DNA of 64,000 nt from Phoronis australis. Lineage: Eukaryota > Animalia > Phoronida. The stretch covers positions 1,440,362 to 1,504,361 of the forward strand of contig NMRA01000007.1 of assembly GCA_002633005.1 (NCBI GenBank). The letters are read 5' to 3'. The notes beneath the pieces are model-generated. The model was not told where the DNA came from, made no database searches, and worked only from the letters and a program-made list of their open reading frames with translations. Position numbers and translations under genes: made by a program. Below, one piece after another: positions 57,567 to 64,000 of the stretch. Within the stretch, counting starts at the first letter, position 1. The number at the start of each line of letters is the position of its first letter.

Positions 57567-60542
57567 TAAAAAGAGCTTTAACTGGTTTAGCTACAGTTGA
57601 TGGCCTAGGATAAGCATTGAAGTGGGAAATGCACCTAGACCAATGTTTGAGTAAAACTTGACCCTTAGCCAATGTGACATTGAAGCATGTACGGTATACG
57701 AAAGCAATGTGACACTTGGGTGAAGCATATCATCCAAAAGTTTGTGGTGACCTGAGAGTGCTGAATAAAGTCGGAAATATTGTGTGTAGTATGCCATTAG
57801 TTTCCATAAACTGATTAAATCGTTGAATTTCTAATGTAATTCCCCTAGCTTTGCGGGACTTTTTGACAATCAACATTCCGGTTATGTTACTTATGCTCAA
57901 ATTCCCTGCAATTTCTGTCACGATTCAACAAACTATTTCTAATGAAGCTATGTGTTAAGGACACTCTTGATCAAACGAACAATGCGTGATAGTAATATTA
58001 ATAAATACAGTGCAACAGGTGGCCTCATTTCTTGTTGTGGTTCAATGCACAGCTTTGCTGAATCTCGAGAAAATTGAACTTTTCAGTGAATTTAGGGACG
58101 GGAGCTACGTGAGGAATTATGTAGAAGCATTTCCATGCAAGTTTTATCATTTACCAGTTAGCTGTATTACACCCATGGCATAGATCTGGAAGGTTAAACA
58201 ATAGCTTGCGAAATCCACAAAACATCATTTGGCATGGGAAACCATAAAAATATATTTAGAACAACACACACTAGTTTTTGCCCATGTTAAATTGAAGGTT
58301 GCTTCAACTGTGCTTATTGGGATAATATAATTTTGTTGTAGCATCCAATCTCCAACAAATTACATTCTTTTGCTTTTGATATATAGAAAATATACTTTTA
58401 CAGTAGCATGCCAAATATCTTACTTTTTATCATCAAATGTGGGCTTTTTGACGAAAGACAATTTGAAAAAATTCGAAACAAACCCATATCTAAACTAAAG
58501 TAATTCTTTCTTTTTCTTTTTCTTTTTTGATGCGAATTAGTTTTAAATTTAAGTATTAGTTTTCTGAGTAGACTTGAAAGTTCTCTACACATTGATGTTA
58601 CTCAGCCCTGGCAGTTGTTATGTTGACCACAACGGTGTGAGGAGCTAGAATGTGACATGCACATAGAACAATTTGTAGGTCAGCACATTGACATGACAAT
58701 AAAACCCAGTGGACTCCCTCATTTATGCTGAAAGTAAAGTCACTGTGATTTTTAGAACTGATAAACTAGTTATGTTATGGCTAGTTTTAGATCACCTCCA
58801 GTTTTAAAATATTTAGGGAAGTTCATTACCTTATTCTAAAACTTTGAAATAACTTGAAGATAAGAGATGGCTGTGATCATACTGAAAGATCAGATATATC
58901 CAACAAGAATTTATCGAAAACAGCATGAATAGAATATCCAACATTAGGGACACTCTCACCAGTCAAGATTGGGCAACTCCACCGGTTTACATGCAACATA
59001 GCTCCAGTGAGGCACACTAGTAATTATGGGCTACCATCTGCCTAGGCAACACGTAGCCTCTCGGTTGGCCGGTTACGGGCTGCAATACTTCCCATCGCTT
59101 TCTGTACGAATTTCATCCCATATATTTTAAACGGGCGGTAGGCCAAATCCGGCCACTGATTTGGAGTTTTCACCTCGTCAAAAATACATTTCACACTTAA
59201 ACCTATCATTTAAAAAGAGCTTCTTCAGTGATCCTTTCTACTTTTACACATATCTTCGATGAAGCTTAGCTAGGAGAATTAAGGTAACTTTGGCGAAGAA
59301 TTCCAACTCCACTTTTTTGGTCACCGTTAACTACAAAGTAGGCAGGCTGCGGCATCCAGGGCGATGCCTACCGGCTGCCGAATATTGAACACAAATTAAT
59401 TATGACCCTGGAATCATGAGCTTCAAGTTGAAGCAAAAGTTTTTTTTTGTTGCAAAACGGCCCAGCTGTTACCAAACAAGACATGCAGTTGAGTGAAGTA
59501 CGTATCTTGTGTAGCTTTGAGTTAGGAGACTTCAAATGTAACCAAAAATAAACCCAGTTAGATAAGTGTAACGTGGCCATGTTTTTGTTGTGGTTGACCT
59601 TGGAATCTTGTCGAATTTCAAAACTTGTTACCTCATCCGCGGACAATGTACGTTCTCAAGGTACATGCAGACAAAATTCCCTTGATCTACAGTCGATGTG
59701 TACAACTGACAAATTTTTACATCATAGGCCGGTATGCACTGATTTTCAATAAATAGGTCCATTAGAGGAAAATATTTTCCTGTTTGTGCCAGCATGATGC
59801 CAAAGGGAAGGGGTTGGAGTTAACTTAGAATATTGGTTTATTATCCTCATAGTGGAGGGACAGAGCAATAGGGTATAGGCACAGGAACCATTTGATGGTT
59901 GGAGGACGAGGAACCAATCTATTCACTTTTCAATTTTATTTCAATCATAGTTCACATGTCAAAACTTAATAATGAATCATTGCTTAATCGACATTTATTG
60001 ACACCTGCAATATTGGGAGTGGAAACCTGTCTCTGCCCCTCAACATTTTGGCAGCGGCTCGGGCGCTGCGATCATCAGGTAAAGGAATATTATGAAACCA
60101 AACAAAACATTGGCTTACATTTAAGTATGAAATTGGCACAATACCGGTAAATAAAATGCATAAATTCCATTGTTCTTTCCAGTAAGAACAAAATATGTCA
60201 AAGGAAAGTGGAATGCTCAAAATTGTGAAAGGCCATGGGGTGTATCACTGGACAACAATCATTTGTCTTTCAAACAAGATTAATCTAATACATGTTTTGT
60301 CCCCTTGTGTGGCAATATTTTATCACTGCAGGCAGTGCACTGGCTGGAAAAGCACATTAAGCCCTCAAAATACCTAACACTTGAAGTTGATAGAATCTAC
60401 AAACTTACGTTTGAGGTTTTTATTAAAGCTCGTGGTCCATTGTGTGGTGATGGAAAGTCTTAATTGACATGAAGACATTGGCTATGATTTACGTGCCGAT
60501 TCATGTTCTGTCATGTGATTGGAGGGGCCCAGCCCGAAGGCG

Positions 60543-60740
60543 ACTGAAGAACAAAGATGTTTGTATTATGATAGGAAGCCTTACCTAAAGCCAGTGAAAA
60601 AGCGGGCCAATTATGCAATTTTACGGGAAACCACGAGAAGAACCACTGAAGAACAAAGATGTTTGTATTATTGGGAGTCTTACCTAAAGCCAGTGAAAAA
60701 GCGGGCCAATTATGCAATTTTATGGGAAATCACGAGAAGA
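60543..60740. repeat. 102-bp tandem duplication
   Basis: actgaagaacaaagatgtttgtattat...ttacctaaagccagtgaaaaagcgggccaattatgcaatttta...cacgagaaga twice. Confidence 0.9.
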
Positions 60741-61990
60741 TGTATGATTATTGGGACCTCCTGTAATAGTCAGGGGCCGTGACCAAAGGTAGTCAAACAG
60801 TGGTGCCTCCAAACTAATGTTGGGTATCCTAATAATGTAACGCAATTTGCTCTTTGGCAGCCTATAGACTCTGTGGCCCCCTTCAAGTGGGCTGCCTATA
60901 TTAAAATTGATGGCCTCGCTCGTCGGACGAGGTCACTCACATTAATATTGGAAGCCTCGCCAGAAGACGGCTGGAAAGCGGTGCCCATAGGCAGCCCTGC
61001 TCTTTGACCCCTTTCGGCGAGGCCCCTTATATTAACATAGGTGGCCTCGCTTTTGAGGCCTGAAATTCAATTTTTTGCCTGTCATTTTAATAAGAATATG
61101 TCATTTTAATATGAATTCATTGTCGAGAAAAGGAAAAATTACTTCCTAGTATTTGACTGATTTGTTGGCTATCAGCAAAAATGACATTATTTGACTTGTT
61201 GGGAAAATAGGGCTGTCTTCTTGTGATACGCAATCATTGTGGCTTGGTCAGTGATGCACATTTGTATCTAGGTGAGTGGAGCCGACACTGAGATCAAATC
61301 ATTTCAAAAACCTTCCCATGATGCATTTGGTTTCAACAGTTTCCAAATCAAGGCTCAATCCAGATCATCACTATTGTCCGTTATTAAGCATTCCGCCGTC
61401 TTTTGTCCAGCATATTTACCATGTTTCAAGGATAGTTAGTAAAAACATACAGAACTGCCTTCATCAACCAAAATCTGATGCATCTACTTCTGGCTAATGT
61501 TTTATCATATTTTTGGAAAAATGATCCCAACTTTTCACTAATATATCAATTGCAGAATCAAAATGGTGCAAAAATCACCAGTTTTAGTCCAATATATATG
61601 ATCAGTTCATTTTAGGCAGTGTTTTATTGCTGTAAAGTCATAACTAATGGGCAATTGCTCTACTACACAAAAGGACCTTAGAAAGGTGTTCCTGATTAAT
61701 GGGCATCTTGACAGCTTTGTACAAATTTATTGACAAAGTACAAGATTAAAATATCACCAATTTGTCTTAAAAGATCGGTAACACCACATTCTCAAATGAA
61801 CAAAGACCAATTTGGCAATTATTTTTGTTGGAAATTTATGAGATTTTACTGTACTTGTTATATCGTTATTCGTTCAGACTTTCTGGTTTCTCTGCGTACT
61901 GGTTTTTTAAATTTTTTATGGATTCAGTCAAAACTTAATCATAGTTAACACTAATGCAGATTTTTTAACCAATTTTTTTTTTCGTTGCAG

Positions 61991-62163
61991 GCATAAAAGA
62001 ATACTCCAACTGGCCTACGATACCTCAAGTTTACATAAATGGAGAATTTGTGGGTGGATGTGACATTATGCTTCAATTGCATCAAAATGGAGATTTAATT
62101 GATGAACTGGAAAAAATTGGAATTCGTTCAGCGTTACTGGATGATAGTGAAACAGGAAAATGA
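61991..62163 (+). CDS. GLRX5: Monothiol glutaredoxin 5, exon 2
   Basis: ttgcag|(G)[56 protein letters not shown]-stop; phase matches exon 1; 144 aa in total. Confidence 0.96.
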
Positions 62164-64000
62164 TGAAACTGTTCGCTGTATTGTACTGTGTTTTTGATAA
62201 ATAGTTGGTTTTAGTTTNCCCACGAAATTCGGACACTAGCGGAAACCCAACTTTGGAGGTCCGCCAAATTCGGACACCACAAAATGATATTTCGCGAGAT
62301 TCGTCCAAGAATGAATATTTTCTATTGGAATTAATTTTCAGTGTCCGAAAATCACGCGACTTTACCGTATTTATGTTTCTATTAGTGTGTACACACAAAT
62401 TCATTATGTATGGAATGTATGCTATGAAAAGTGCATTACTAATATTAATTTTGTACGTTAAAGTACGCACTAGTAAGTATTCCAATGAAGATTGTCACTC
62501 ATCCAGTGACAAGATGTGATTCTAGAAAATTGCATAAGCCACATGCAACACCATCTTTGAAAACGATTGTTTTGATTCAAGTTTTGGGGTGGAACTCTTC
62601 GTTTTGATTTTATGCACCCACATGTCTGTACCTCTAGTGGTATTTTAGTATATTACATTTAGTTCTGTATCTTCGTAGTCTTTTTAGGGATTTTCATGAA
62701 ATTTGCCAACTAGAGAATTTTATAATAGTTCATACTATAACCACTAGGTGTCTCTGTAGCTAGCTTCCCACCATTATCTTAGTGACTACACATTGATATT
62801 ACATAGAGGTAGGAATTATCACCTTTTCCACATGTATTCACTTTATATCCCGTTTATAGTACATTGTCATTACCCTTAAGCTATACAGTAAGCATTCTCT
62901 TTACTTGTACTTTTAGGTCTCCATCATTCTTTCAATAAAGGTTGAAAATATATGACGAATGTGTATCTACCAACTAGGTTATTATTAGGGAGACAATGAT
63001 GCCTGTCTATTCTGCATTTACCTACTGGTCAATTTTATGGTGCTAATAAACACCCCTAGTAGCACACTGTTTGTGGTGTAGTCGTGGGCAATGTGCTTTA
63101 CATTGCTCTTGTTTAATATGGTGAGTTAGTATTCCTAATTATGCATGATAAAACCTTCGATAGAATGGAGTTCATTAATTATATCTTCGCCAAGATTCGC
63201 CGCAGCTAATTTGATTGTCATGTTTGAACTTGGCAATTTTGGCTTGGCCTGTAAATTATTGAGACAAACTATCCTCTGGATTTCTTGTCAGCCCTGGAGA
63301 TCCACATTACAATGAACCTGGTTTATAATATTTGCTCACCCATAACCTTCCATTCCTCAAGTTCTAAGCAAATAATGCTGCATACAATTTGAGTGAACTT
63401 CGGTTACAACGAATGTAAAAGGGCGGGTGATAGTGAAATAACACAGTGGTCGCAACATATCAAAGGTTTATTGCAGCCTGACACAAAAACCCTACAAATG
63501 TAATAAAAACCAATATCACAAAGGTGTCACTCAATTTAATCATGATATTAAATACAGCTAATAACTGACATCCCTTCAATAACATTTCGCTCAACATTCA
63601 TTTATAAAAAAATGCGTAACGTGTTGCAATAACAACTCTATATTCCAAAGTAGAGTAAAATGTAATGTAAATTAGCAAAACCTATTCTTTCAATGCACAC
63701 CAGGTTACAGGGTACCCACTGCAGTAGCAGAGGTAAGAACCAGTTTTGGATGAAACCCCCAACACAATGAAGGGGTTTGGTAACCCTTAAAATTAAACCT
63801 GCATTTCTCCAGGTTTAGCCGGCTATACAATAAGCTTGATATTTTACTCTCCTAGATTTGGTCCGACGATATTCCTTACCGTGGTAGGATTCTATTTCCA
63901 CTACCAAAATGAACCACCAGCAAATAAAGAAAATGCTTCAAAGTTCATTGAGACTGGCCAAAATTAAATTTGCAGAAAAAATGGGATATACATTATTGCC

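Larger units (their letters stand above)
51464..61109. mobile_element. Large (about 9.6 kb) foldback-like TIR element in the GLRX5 intron, carrying nested insertions
   Basis: Left ttaaaatgacttattcttattaaaatgacctaggcaaaaaattgaatttcggacctcaaaagcgagg is the reverse complement of right cctcgcttttgaggcctgaaattcaattttttgcctgtcattttaataagaatatgtcattttaa. Both arms continue into arrays of the same 51-bp unit. Exact termini and TSD are uncertain. Confidence 0.75.

Noticed and set aside
58215-58255. YGFPCQ on the minus strand resembling C5-methyltransferase motif IV
   Set aside because: Flanked by stops, with no motif I (FxGxG) or VI (ENV); likely chance.

Overview
Intron-rich genomic DNA from an invertebrate animal, AT-rich, with a draft-assembly N gap at 56544-56606. 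I reconstructed four protein-coding genes by hand from GT-AG junctions with consistent phases. (1) The 5' part of a pyruvate kinase gene on the minus strand, running off the left edge, with an ATG micro-exon and TWO homologous versions of the N-domain/beta-1 exon. (2) An intronless PTB+SH2 adaptor (SH2D5-like, 361 aa) nested on the same strand inside a pyruvate kinase intron. (3) A complete 21-exon, about 903-aa gene fusing N-terminal ankyrin repeats to a GH20 beta-hexosaminidase-like fold that lacks the catalytic Asp-Glu pair. (4) Mitochondrial monothiol glutaredoxin GLRX5, head-to-head with gene 3. Its 11 kb intron is mostly filled by a roughly 9.6 kb foldback-like element whose subterminal arrays are palindromes separated by spacers that flip orientation. 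There are many non-autonomous DNA transposons (Mariner-, Harbinger-, Mutator-, Kolobok-, CACTA- and Helentron-type). Three separate tandem duplications span live splice sites. Most short ORFs in the supplied track are spurious. No database search was run; family calls rest on motif recognition.
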